A DNA stretch of 28,232 nt from Bdellovibrionota bacterium (GTDB lineage: Bacteria > Bdellovibrionota_C > UBA2361 > JBGSMV01): the NCBI GenBank assembly GCA_044356455.1, contig JBIKWF010000054.1, forward strand, positions 1 to 28,232, read 5' to 3'. Below the pieces are notes generated by a model. That model had not been told where the DNA came from. It saw only the letters and a program-made list of their open reading frames with translations, and searched no databases. Position numbers and translations under genes: made by a program. This document shows positions 1 to 8,102 of the stretch, piece after piece. The first letter of the stretch is position 1; every line of letters begins with the position of its first letter.

Positions 1-1
1 G

Positions 2-1486
2 GGTCCTACTGGCCCAATGATTCCTTCGGACCAGGTTGTCACTGCGCTCAAAGGTGACTCGGACTTTATGACTAAGGCCAAAGGCCCCGCAGGTAAAGAC
101 GGAGTTAACGGCGTTAACGGTCAAGACGGCGCCCAGGGACCAAGTGGCGATAAGGGTGAAAAAGGCGACGCCGGAAAAGATGGTGTGGACGGCATCGATG
201 GCACGAATCCCACACCAGAGGAGGTCGCGGCAGTACTTGAGCCAAGATTTGACGGCCGCTACCTAAGGAGTGGTGTCTTGATCGACAAGAGCCTCATCCC
301 TGTGCTCGACGCGAGCAAGCTAGGCGCAAATTCAGTTTCAAGCGAGACTATCTTAGACCGGTCGGTTGGGTCGCAAGACCTTGCGCTAGGATCCATTGGA
401 GCCATCCAAATAGACAGTAAGCAAGTACAGCGCCGGGTAGGCAGCTGTGCTGCTGGTATGCTGATGACCGGTGTCGCCGAGGATGGAACTCCAAACTGTA
501 CTCAGGAATTGGGAGATATTTCCAGGATAACGGCTTCTGGCCTGCTCTCGGGAGGCGGTGCAACTGGAGAAGTCACCATCAGCCTGGATCAAGCAAGGCT
601 TGACTCTTTATATCTAAAGCGCGGCGAGAATGTAACTACGATTGCCGACAACGCGATTGGCAGCTCCAAGGTAGTTGACGGAGCAATTGTGGCAAGCAAG
701 ATCGCAGATGGTCAAGTAACGGGAGCTAAAATTGCCAGTGGAGCGATTGGCTCTCAGCATCTCGCGGACAAGTCTGTTACTAATCGTACTATAGCTGATG
801 GCGCTATTAACCTTAGAACTATCAACTTGAGCGAGGTGCAATCAAGAGTTTGGGGAAGTTGCGCGAATGGCGCGATAAGATCTATCGGACTCGGTGGAGA
901 GGTCATCTGCGCCGATGCCCTTTCTGGACCACAGGGACCTCAGGGGCCGGCAGGGCCAGCAATTAACGTTAACCCCGGAAGTGATTACTACTCCATAACC
1001 GATCTGCATGAGAACAAAGGCTGGGAGAGCTATCTATTCGATGGCAAAACAGAAAATCTTAATCCCTCTCATTCATCGGTCTGCTTTAAGCCGGATAGGG
1101 ACTTCTCGGCAGAAACAGGCGGGACCTATGCGGCTAGTGGTAACCCGAGTTCCCTTCCCGTGAGTCTCGGCCGAATCTCCTACGTTCTTACAAACAAGCA
1201 GCAGTACCTAATCCCCAATAAGGCCTACCAAATTACCATCTGGGGCACTCTGAAAGACTTCATGAGCAACGAACAAGGCTTCAATGCGTGGGTGGCAGTC
1301 CGAGATAACTACCCTGATGGAACCCTTTCCTGGAAGGAAGGCGGAGCGACAGGTTCAAATGCGCCTGACGGAACTGCGCCTTTCTCTAGCACCATCATTG
1401 CTCATGCGGACTCTGACGGCGGCATTCTTATCGCCGCCAATTGTGACGCAGTAATTCACGGCATTACTTGGATGCGCATAAACTAG
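2..1486 (+). CDS. Collagen-like / trimeric fibre adhesin-like protein, 5' end outside window
   Basis: Frame is open from base 2 (GPTGPM...), so the true start is upstream. Contains Gly-X-Y collagen tracts, 10-aa 'KIADGAVTxx' fibre-shaft repeats, two Cys-paired 'VQ(R/S)RV..SC..G...C' modules and a ~170-aa globular C-terminal domain. Confidence 0.75.
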   Translation, partial: GPTGPMIPSDQVVTALKGDSDFMTKAKGPAGKDGVNGVNGQDGAQGPSGDKGEKGDAGKDGVDGIDGTNPTPEEVAAVLEPRFDGRYLRSGVLIDKSLIPVLDASKLGANSVSSETILDRSVGSQDLALGSIGAIQIDSKQVQRRVGSCAAGMLMTGVAEDGTPNCTQELGDISRITASGLLSGGGATGEVTISLDQARLDSLYLKRGENVTTIADNAIGSSKVVDGAIVASKIADGQVTGAKIASGAIGSQHLADKSVTNRTIADGAINLRTINLSEVQSRVWGSCANGAIRSIGLGGEVICADALSGPQGPQGPAGPAINVNPGSDYYSITDLHENKGWESYLFDGKTENLNPSHSSVCFKPDRDFSAETGGTYAASGNPSSLPVSLGRISYVLTNKQQYLIPNKAYQITIWGTLKDFMSNEQGFNAWVAVRDNYPDGTLSWKEGGATGSNAPDGTAPFSSTIIAHADSDGGILIAANCDAVIHGITWMRIN

Positions 1487-1510
1487 GGCAAGCGAGAATG
1501 CGGCAAATGC

Positions 1511-1551
1511 CTAGGGGACGCTGCCTTTGAACCAAAGGTAGCGTCCCCTAG
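1511..1551 (+). terminator. Strong hairpin downstream of fibre gene, probable terminator
   Basis: CTAGGGGACGCTGCCTTTG-aac-CAAAGGTAGCGTCCCCTAG: 19-bp stem with one G-U pair, 24 nt after the stop. No clear U-tract. Confidence 0.6.
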
Positions 1552-1620
1552 CATGTCAATTTCCTTAGTCAAAACAAGCGCCTGCGCATCACGCGGCAGC
1601 TTACAAAATCCACTTGAGAA

Positions 1621-1646
1621 ATAAGCCACTTAGGCCGTTCCGATAG
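1621..1646 (+). promoter_or_regulatory. Candidate sigma28 (FliA)-type promoter of flagellin
   Basis: ATAAGCC...CGTTCCGATAG resembles TAAAG-N-GCCGATAA with a spacer 1 nt shorter than the enteric consensus. The same motif recurs at 23722-23747. Confidence 0.5.
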
Positions 1647-1730
1647 ACGAGGACCCTCTTATCGCAGGGGGGGGTGCTGCGTCGCTGCAGTGTGAGCTGC
1701 CGCCATGCGAGCTGATTGTGTGTGTGTGTA

Positions 1731-3071
1731 ATGTCGCTAATTGGTTTTAACAGTAATACGACTTCGCTTCAGGCTCAGCGCCAGCTGGGGCAGTCGTCGT
1801 CTGTGCTCTCTAAGAGCTTCGAACGGCTCGCCTCGGGTCAGCGCATTAACCAGGCCAGCGACGATGCCGCCGGACTTGCAATAGCCGATACACTGCGCAC
1901 AGGGAGTCGGCTTTATGCCACTGCTATTCGTAACATCAACGATGGAGTCTCGGTAATCTCTATAATGGATTCAGCGGTGGCTCAGCAAACATCGCTGGTA
2001 AGCCGATTAGCTGAACTTGCAGAGCAATCAGGAAACGGCACTTTCTCAGAGACTCAGCGCGGTTCTCTTAATACCGAGTATCAACAACTACTCTCCGAAT
2101 TTGGTCGTCTCGCAGATAGCACTTCCTTTAACGGCGTGAATCTCCTCCGAGCCCGGAGGTCCGATGGGGTGAGTGCAATTAGTATTCAAGCAGGCATTTC
2201 AGGCGCAAGCACTTCGCGCATTACCATAGCTGGCGTGGATACCACCAGGTTTAGCGGTGTGGTGGATCTTTCTAGGCTCTATGGCGACTTTGATGATGGA
2301 AGCAGAAATGGGGTGCGGGATGGAGAAGTCGATGCAGCCGATTTCATATATTTCTTCGACGCAATTGACGGAGGGATTAGTAAGGACAGATTGTTTCAGA
2401 TGTTCGGAAATCAAGTTACCACCACCAAGGTGATTGATTCTCAGGGCAATGAGCGTGAATTGCTTGTATCATTTTCCAGTTCAGATGGTGCGGGGGCTGA
2501 TGGAGCGAATCCGTTAGCGCTCACTGTCTGGAGCAAGGATAGCGCAACCGGACTCTATAAGGGCTACTCGTGGCAGGGAACGCAATCTTATGCGACCGGC
2601 ACTGGTGCGGTGTTTTCAGTAGACGCTTCTGGCACAATCACCTCCGGAGCAGTTCAAAGCGGCCAAGTGGACTTCGGTTCCGGAGTTACTGCCAATCTGC
2701 AGATGGACTTAAGCGGTCTCTCTTTTATCAACTCAAGCTCCGGTACTCAGGCCTCGGCCTTAGACCTTACCGGAGTTGAAACCGCTTCTCGTGCTCTCAA
2801 CGCCCTCGACGTGGCTAAGGCGCGCCTCATCGAACTGGCCGCTATTCGAGGCCTGCTTGGTGCGGCCGAGAAGCGTCTGCAAGTTGCTGCTGAAATCAAC
2901 CGTGTAAGCGCTGAGAACTTTACCGCGGCTGAGTCGCGCATTCGCGATGTAGATGTAGCCGAGGAGTCGTCTGTGCTGATTCGTCAAGGAATCTTGCAGC
3001 AAGTAGGAGCCTCTGTCATTGCCCAAGCGAACCAAGCCCCGCGCTTGGCACTACAGCTTCTTCAAAGCTAG
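1731..3071 (+). CDS. fliC: Flagellin
   Basis: Conserved N-terminus (LSKSFERLASGQRINQASDDAAGLAIA) and C-terminus (ENFTAAESRIRDVDVAEE...QANQAPRLALQLL). ATG at 1731 preferred over TTG 1716, which reads through a TG microsatellite. Confidence 0.95.
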   Translation: MSLIGFNSNTTSLQAQRQLGQSSSVLSKSFERLASGQRINQASDDAAGLAIADTLRTGSRLYATAIRNINDGVSVISIMDSAVAQQTSLVSRLAELAEQSGNGTFSETQRGSLNTEYQQLLSEFGRLADSTSFNGVNLLRARRSDGVSAISIQAGISGASTSRITIAGVDTTRFSGVVDLSRLYGDFDDGSRNGVRDGEVDAADFIYFFDAIDGGISKDRLFQMFGNQVTTTKVIDSQGNERELLVSFSSSDGAGADGANPLALTVWSKDSATGLYKGYSWQGTQSYATGTGAVFSVDASGTITSGAVQSGQVDFGSGVTANLQMDLSGLSFINSSSGTQASALDLTGVETASRALNALDVAKARLIELAAIRGLLGAAEKRLQVAAEINRVSAENFTAAESRIRDVDVAEESSVLIRQGILQQVGASVIAQANQAPRLALQLLQS

Positions 3072-3266
3072 GAAATACGCTGAAAAGCAATCACTGAAAC
3101 CACGAAGTAAAGGGGAATTCAGCTAGTAACGCGACCTCTGAGTTTCCCTTCCCATGGATCGTCGTGACGCGTAGATTTCAAGCTCTACTATCTCGGGCTA
3201 TCCCACCGGAACGGTGAGATTACCGTTGGTCGCGATTTCCCTACGTCATCCAGCTCCGAGAAAGCC

Positions 3267-3333
3267 CTCTCCGTTAACTCTGTGGTTGGTTAAATTGTTG
3301 AAAAGCCGCAGGGGACACAAAGTTCACAGAGAG
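3267..3333. repeat. REP-like tandem-9-mer inverted pair (degenerate copy)
   Basis: CTCTCCGTTAACTCTGTGGTT ... AAGCCGCAGGGGACACAAAGTTCACAGAGAG; same family as the copies at 17965, 19589, 20981 and 22076. Confidence 0.5.
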
Positions 3334-3486
3334 AGAAAAAAATATCGAGGTCTTTCAGAGGCTCCTTAGATTGAGAGCAGCAATCTTCGGCCTGATGCAT
3401 CATGACATGATATGACAGAATTTTGGGGAATTGAAACCAGCGAAAAATTTAGCACCAAATCGAGAACTACTTTAAGAGCTCACAAA

Positions 3487-3866
3487 GTGAAGGACACGGC
3501 CTATCCGACTTTGGAAGAGGCGCTGTACCTTCATGAGATCCTCCTTGATGAGTTTGGGGGCCGCAAAAGAGTATTAGACTGAGGCTTCTTGAAAGTGCTT
3601 TGGGCCGCTCCCGATCAGGCTATTATGGGAGTCTGTCTGAGCAAGCAGCGGCCCTCTTTGAGAGCCCTATCCAGAATCATCCTTTTTGTTGATGGGAATG
3701 AACGCGTCGCGTTTGCGCGAACTGCTGTATTTTTGAAACTCAATTGGTTTCGACTGGAAGTGGAGATGCAGCAAGGAAAGCGATTCATTGAAGTTGATAT
3801 CATTCAAAAGAAGATCTCTTATCTGATATAGTCGACTGGCAAGAGCGAAGAATGGTAAAAGTCTAA
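3487..3866 (+). pseudogene. doc: Frameshifted Doc/Fic-family toxin pseudogene
   Basis: Stitching frames gives MKDTAYPTLEEALYLHEILLDEFGG...LLESALGRSRSGYYGSLSEQAAALFESPIQNHPF/VDGNERVAFARTAVFLKLN...DIVDW. The Fic motif HPFxDGN(K)R is split at the T5 run 3683-3687, with further breaks near 3580 and 3820. Confidence 0.85.
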
Positions 3867-3892
3867 GGCCACGCCATCTCCACAAAGGTCAA

Positions 3893-5119
3893 ATGCCCAG
3901 CTACCATTCAAAGAGTCTCAAATGGATTGCAAGTGGCTCCGCGATGCTCGCACTCTTGTTGCTCTCTCTCACGCCACACTACCAGATGCTCGATCTCTCT
4001 GTTTATTGGGCCGCAGGGCAGAACTTCATGAAGGGATTGAATCCCTATGAACTCCCCCACCAGTCCTCGTATCTAAGTACCTTAGCAGCTCCCTCTCCCG
4101 TAGATTCTCAGATCCACTCAAGCGACCCACTATTAAGAGTCTGGACTCCACCCTACGTCTTCTCACTGCTATGGCCCTTGGGGACCGTCTCCTTGAACTT
4201 TGCGTGCCGAGCATTTTCGTTCTTCTTTTGCTTCAGCACTATTTTTTCGCTCCTTATGTGCCTAACTGAGGATGGAAAGCGTGGATTCACGCAAATGACT
4301 TTTATCATCTGCGCATCATTGCCGATCGGGCTGTTTTACGAAGGATTAGCCATCGGATCGGTCTCAGCGATTGCACTCCTTGGCTTAACCTTATCTATGT
4401 ATTACGCGGATAGAGACGCCATGTTTCTCTCTGGCTTTTGCTTGATGCTCACCGCCATCAAGCTCCACTTGTTTTTGATGTTGTACTTTGCGCTTTTTCT
4501 ATGGGTCCTAAGCAATCGAAATTGGCGATTCGCTCGGGGAGCAATTAGTGGACTGTTATTGCTAATTGTTCTCCCGCTAGTGTTTAGACCCGAGGTGTAT
4601 CAGCTCTACCTCAATGCGCCGCCCATGGAACTGCCAATCCAAATTACTAATACGAGTTGGACAAACCTTCTCTCCAACTACCTTCCCATGCCGCGCACTT
4701 TGGCATTGACTCTTCTGGTTTTGATTCCGCTGGCGGTGACTTGTTGGACTCGGAGATGGTGGCTCAGGTGGAGTTACCGAACAATGGTGCCTATTTTTGT
4801 TCCGCTCTCACTTATATGTGCACCCTTCGCTTGGAGCCATGACTATATTGTTTGCATCCCCTTCTTCGTCTTGATGGCCAAGTTAGCGACAGAAAGTCTG
4901 CACAATAGGAAGTTTATTGAGGGCTCTTTGTTCATCTCTGCATTACTACTTTGGCAGCTGCTCGATATCGCCCGTATCAAGTTTCAAATGTTTGGCTATT
5001 TGGCTCTGTTCGGATCAATCTCGTTACTGCCGATCTTGGCCGCCATGGTGATCTGGCTTGGCGATCTGAAAATGTGCCCCTCAGGTTTTACTTCGAAAAG
5101 AGAACGCTCTTCCCACTAA
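3893..5119 (+). CDS. GT87 / DUF2029-like polytopic membrane glycosyltransferase (GT-C fold)
   Basis: DLSVYWAAG...NPY, TPP and K-x-H motifs and many hydrophobic transmembrane segments. Confidence 0.75.
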   Translation: MPSYHSKSLKWIASGSAMLALLLLSLTPHYQMLDLSVYWAAGQNFMKGLNPYELPHQSSYLSTLAAPSPVDSQIHSSDPLLRVWTPPYVFSLLWPLGTVSLNFACRAFSFFFCFSTIFSLLMCLTEDGKRGFTQMTFIICASLPIGLFYEGLAIGSVSAIALLGLTLSMYYADRDAMFLSGFCLMLTAIKLHLFLMLYFALFLWVLSNRNWRFARGAISGLLLLIVLPLVFRPEVYQLYLNAPPMELPIQITNTSWTNLLSNYLPMPRTLALTLLVLIPLAVTCWTRRWWLRWSYRTMVPIFVPLSLICAPFAWSHDYIVCIPFFVLMAKLATESLHNRKFIEGSLFISALLLWQLLDIARIKFQMFGYLALFGSISLLPILAAMVIWLGDLKMCPSGFTSKRERSSH

Positions 5120-5868
5120 GTAGACCGTGCCCCTTTCAAAAGTTCGATTATGGCACGCCTTGCCTCTTCGGCGTTAGTAACTGAGGTCGAAAACGAACAG
5201 ACGACACTCTGCGGCTTCTTGCCTCTTACTGAAATCACAAATCCCTCTGAAGAGATATTAGTCATTAAGACACTCGCGGGTGCAAGCTTTTCTCCAATCT
5301 CTTTCGCAACAAGTTCAACAAGTGAGTCCCGATGATCAGCATTCATATGCGAAAGAATATCGAACCCTTGCGCCACGATGGGATCCACAGACGCGTTTCG
5401 CAGCTCATCACCCGAAACCCATCCCATACTCCCGAATCCAGCTATCCAGCGAATCTTACGAATACTCGCTCGCAGGTAAAGAAAGTTGTGCGCAATTTGG
5501 TGATTCACTGCCTTGGGAAATCGCTGCAAGAACTGCTCCTGCACCAAGGGCACCTCCGACGCTGTCACGCTCTTAAAGTCCAGTAACACGGTGGCTCTTG
5601 CATGAGACTGGGGATCTTCAAATCCAAAAGGATCGGCAATCGTAAGACTTGCCCGGCTGTCTGCTTCAAGATTTTTATAGTGCTCGGAGATAAGCGAAAT
5701 ATAAATCACTATCGAGCCATCAGCAGCAATCAGATAAGGCGTCAGCGAACCAAAGGGGTATCCCTCATTCGAAACAGATTGTGTCGCAAGAATTCCATTG
5801 CGGTTTAGGGTAATAAAGTGTCGTGCGACTTCGGCAAATGAACCAACTGAGGCCTGTAAAATACGCAT
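5116..5868 (-). CDS. HugZ-like / pyridoxamine 5'-phosphate oxidase-family protein with DUF2470-like C-terminal domain
   Basis: GILATQS...GYPFGSL, ISLISEHYKNL, WIAGFGSMGWV and ILSHMNADH motifs. Confidence 0.85.
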   Translation of the reverse strand: MRILQASVGSFAEVARHFITLNRNGILATQSVSNEGYPFGSLTPYLIAADGSIVIYISLISEHYKNLEADSRASLTIADPFGFEDPQSHARATVLLDFKSVTASEVPLVQEQFLQRFPKAVNHQIAHNFLYLRASIRKIRWIAGFGSMGWVSGDELRNASVDPIVAQGFDILSHMNADHRDSLVELVAKEIGEKLAPASVLMTNISSEGFVISVRGKKPQSVVCSFSTSVTNAEEARRAIIELLKGARST

Positions 5869-6062
5869 GAATCCCCGGAGGACAGTAAAAGTAGGTGGCG
5901 TGAAGTCCTAAACTTACTCTTTTTCCATTAGCTCGCACATGCAACGGGTATACTCGTACGTAACCCTTTGATGTTTGCAGCTTTTCTTAAGAAGCTGCAG
6001 AGGCTTTTTAAGCCATAACCATCTGTGCTCTCGCCTTAAAAGACAGAAAGAAGCGAGCCATC

Positions 6063-7115
6063 ATGCCAACAGCAGTAACCGTAGCTAATAGGCTAGGCCG
6101 GACCGGTAACGCAGGCGTTCCTGCGCAAACGAACGATTCCTCTCTGCCTGACACTCAGGAACGGGACCCAGTAGAGAATCCTCAACTCAAGAATGTGCTC
6201 CTTGCTGTCGTTGCAGAGGCCTCGCAGATTCGACCAACCATCATAGAGAACCTTGAAAATCAGGGATTCGCGTATGGCAAAGATACAGAGATAGAGGGAA
6301 TTCCGCTTACCTTTTACATAAAGATGGAGAGCTATACGCTGGTTTGTCTCCATGATGCGGCAAAAATCGGGGATTCTGCAGCAGGCTCAATAAACATCAC
6401 ACTAGTTGATGGGAAACCCTTCTGGACTTTTCATATCGCTGCTCCCACTCTCGATACCGTGCGAAGCGAAGCATTGCGCATGCTGAAAGAAGCTCCCAAG
6501 GAACTTCCCCAACTTCTTTCGCACAGTCTCGCTGCTAAGGAAGGCACGCATCAGCACGAGTCTACTCACATAGCTTGCATGGCTTCCGGATCGCCCTGGG
6601 GGCGTATCATGTTTACTGATCTACTCAACAAGGAGCTCGATCGATGCATTCAAGCACGAGATGCAGCTGGAGATACCTCAAACGTAACGGTAACTCTCGC
6701 GGCTTGGCAAAAGGAGCTCTATATTGATGAGGGAGTATCTGAGACTCAAGCGAGCGCTGCTCTGCTTATTTCTGAGCTCCGTGCACATCTACAGAATTTT
6801 CCAACGAGTCCCGAACGGGCATCGAGCGCGTTACAAGTATTTGGGGTTATCGAGAATTGCCTCAAAATATATGGGGACCCTGAAAATCCAAGCAGACACC
6901 TTGTGCCCGCTCGTGTTGAAGAGGTGCTCGCCTCATGGCAGAAATATATTTGCGCGTGCGGCTACTCGCAGTTGGCAGGTGAAGGAGTTGTGCAAGAAGC
7001 ATCTAAACTTCTGCTAGAGCATGGAACTCTTCGAACAGAGCTCGATCCGAAGGTGATTCCCCAAGCCGAAGCCTGGATTGCTACGATTTCGCCAAAAAAT
7101 GCTCTCGGAATTTAA
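6063..7115 (+). CDS. Hypothetical protein with HExxH motif (possible zincin-like metalloprotease)
   Basis: 350-aa ORF with HESTH at 6555-6569 and a downstream ELRAH helix at 6774-6788. The stop overlaps the murI stop. Confidence 0.55.
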   Translation: MPTAVTVANRLGRTGNAGVPAQTNDSSLPDTQERDPVENPQLKNVLLAVVAEASQIRPTIIENLENQGFAYGKDTEIEGIPLTFYIKMESYTLVCLHDAAKIGDSAAGSINITLVDGKPFWTFHIAAPTLDTVRSEALRMLKEAPKELPQLLSHSLAAKEGTHQHESTHIACMASGSPWGRIMFTDLLNKELDRCIQARDAAGDTSNVTVTLAAWQKELYIDEGVSETQASAALLISELRAHLQNFPTSPERASSALQVFGVIENCLKIYGDPENPSRHLVPARVEEVLASWQKYICACGYSQLAGEGVVQEASKLLLEHGTLRTELDPKVIPQAEAWIATISPKNALGI

Positions 7116-7912
7116 CTGCCGAGAGAATCTACCTTGATCGCCTCAACAAGCGCCCCTTGCAGGAAGGTGGAAGCCAGAGAATTAAAGCGGCTCACCTCGT
7201 CAGTAACGAAGAAACGAGAAGTCCCGCCCCTATCAAGCGGAATATCGTGCGAACTTTGTATCTCGCGCGCAATGGCATCTGCGCACTCGACAATGGCAAT
7301 GTGATTACCCATGAAGTCTCTAATCGGACCCAGAAGAAGAGGGTAATGCGTACAACCAAGAATCAATGAAGAGACCCCCTCCTCTCGAAGTGGCCTCAGG
7401 TAAAACTCAACGATTTTCTCTACAATCGGTCCCGAGGTAATTCCCTCTTCCACGAGCGGAACAAAGAGTGGGCAGGGCTGAGCACTTAAGGCGATCGCTG
7501 GATTTGCACTATGAATCGCTCGCTGATAAGCGGCGCTCTGAATAGTGGCGCGAGTCCCGAGAATTCCCACGAGGCCACCCTCTCGTTCCTGATGGGAAAG
7601 GCACTCCCTGACAGCGGGGGCAATAGTACCAATTACAGGACACGAAACTACTCTCGCAATCTCTTCCAGCGCCACCGAGGACGCGGTGTTACAGGCAACA
7701 ACAAGCAGATCGATATCGTGCCTCGCTAAAAAAGTGGCGCACTCGACTGAGTACCGAACTACTGTAGATCCACTTTTTGAGCCGTAGGGAGTACGCGCGG
7801 TATCACCGAGGTAGACAAACGAACACCCAGGAAGCTCGCGCTGGAGAGTTTTTAAGACCGTGAGTCCACCTAGCCCGCTATCAAAGACTCCAATTTTCTT
7901 TACTTCCGCCAC
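7112..7912 (-). CDS. murI: Glutamate racemase
   Basis: IGVFDSGLGGLTV, GDTARTPYGSKS, and both catalytic Cys motifs (ACNT, GCTH). Confidence 0.97.
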   Translation of the reverse strand: MAEVKKIGVFDSGLGGLTVLKTLQRELPGCSFVYLGDTARTPYGSKSGSTVVRYSVECATFLARHDIDLLVVACNTASSVALEEIARVVSCPVIGTIAPAVRECLSHQEREGGLVGILGTRATIQSAAYQRAIHSANPAIALSAQPCPLFVPLVEEGITSGPIVEKIVEFYLRPLREEGVSSLILGCTHYPLLLGPIRDFMGNHIAIVECADAIAREIQSSHDIPLDRGGTSRFFVTDEVSRFNSLASTFLQGALVEAIKVDSLGS

Positions 7913-8053
7913 CCCGAACCTTTGCCCCCCACGCAGTTACTTCTTCATAGCCAATGAGGCTTCTACTACCTTTTTATCGCGACCAAAACCTTCCGAGACG
8001 ACCCCCACCGAGTCTTTCCCTTATCCGCGCCCCTTCCTATCGCCCTTTTGATA

Positions 8054-8087
8054 TCGACAAAGTCCAGCCCATATTCTACTATTATTC
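8054..8087 (+). promoter_or_regulatory. sigma70-type promoter of dinB with direct repeat flanking the -10 box
   Basis: TCGACA(8054-59)-17 nt-TACTAT(8077-82); ATTC-N7-ATTC at 8073-8087. Confidence 0.55.
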
Positions 8088-8102
8088 CATATCGAAGCAC
8101 CT

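Noticed and set aside
1300..1551. Fibre C-terminus plus hairpin as a diversity-generating retroelement target
   Set aside because: No template repeat or reverse transcriptase is visible in the window; the hairpin is adequately explained as a terminator.
3120..3260. Short hairpins after flagellin, and a minus-strand GKSRPTVI fragment reminiscent of MazF/PemK
   Set aside because: Stems are short, there is no recognisable RNA family, and the peptide similarity is too brief to support.
3589..3831. 80-aa ORF-track protein
   Set aside because: It is a chimera of out-of-frame and in-frame parts of the doc pseudogene.
5976..5999. Palindrome TGCAGCTT-N8-AAGCTGCA between divergent genes
   Set aside because: Single 8-bp stem with no second copy or assignable regulator; could be an operator but cannot be supported.
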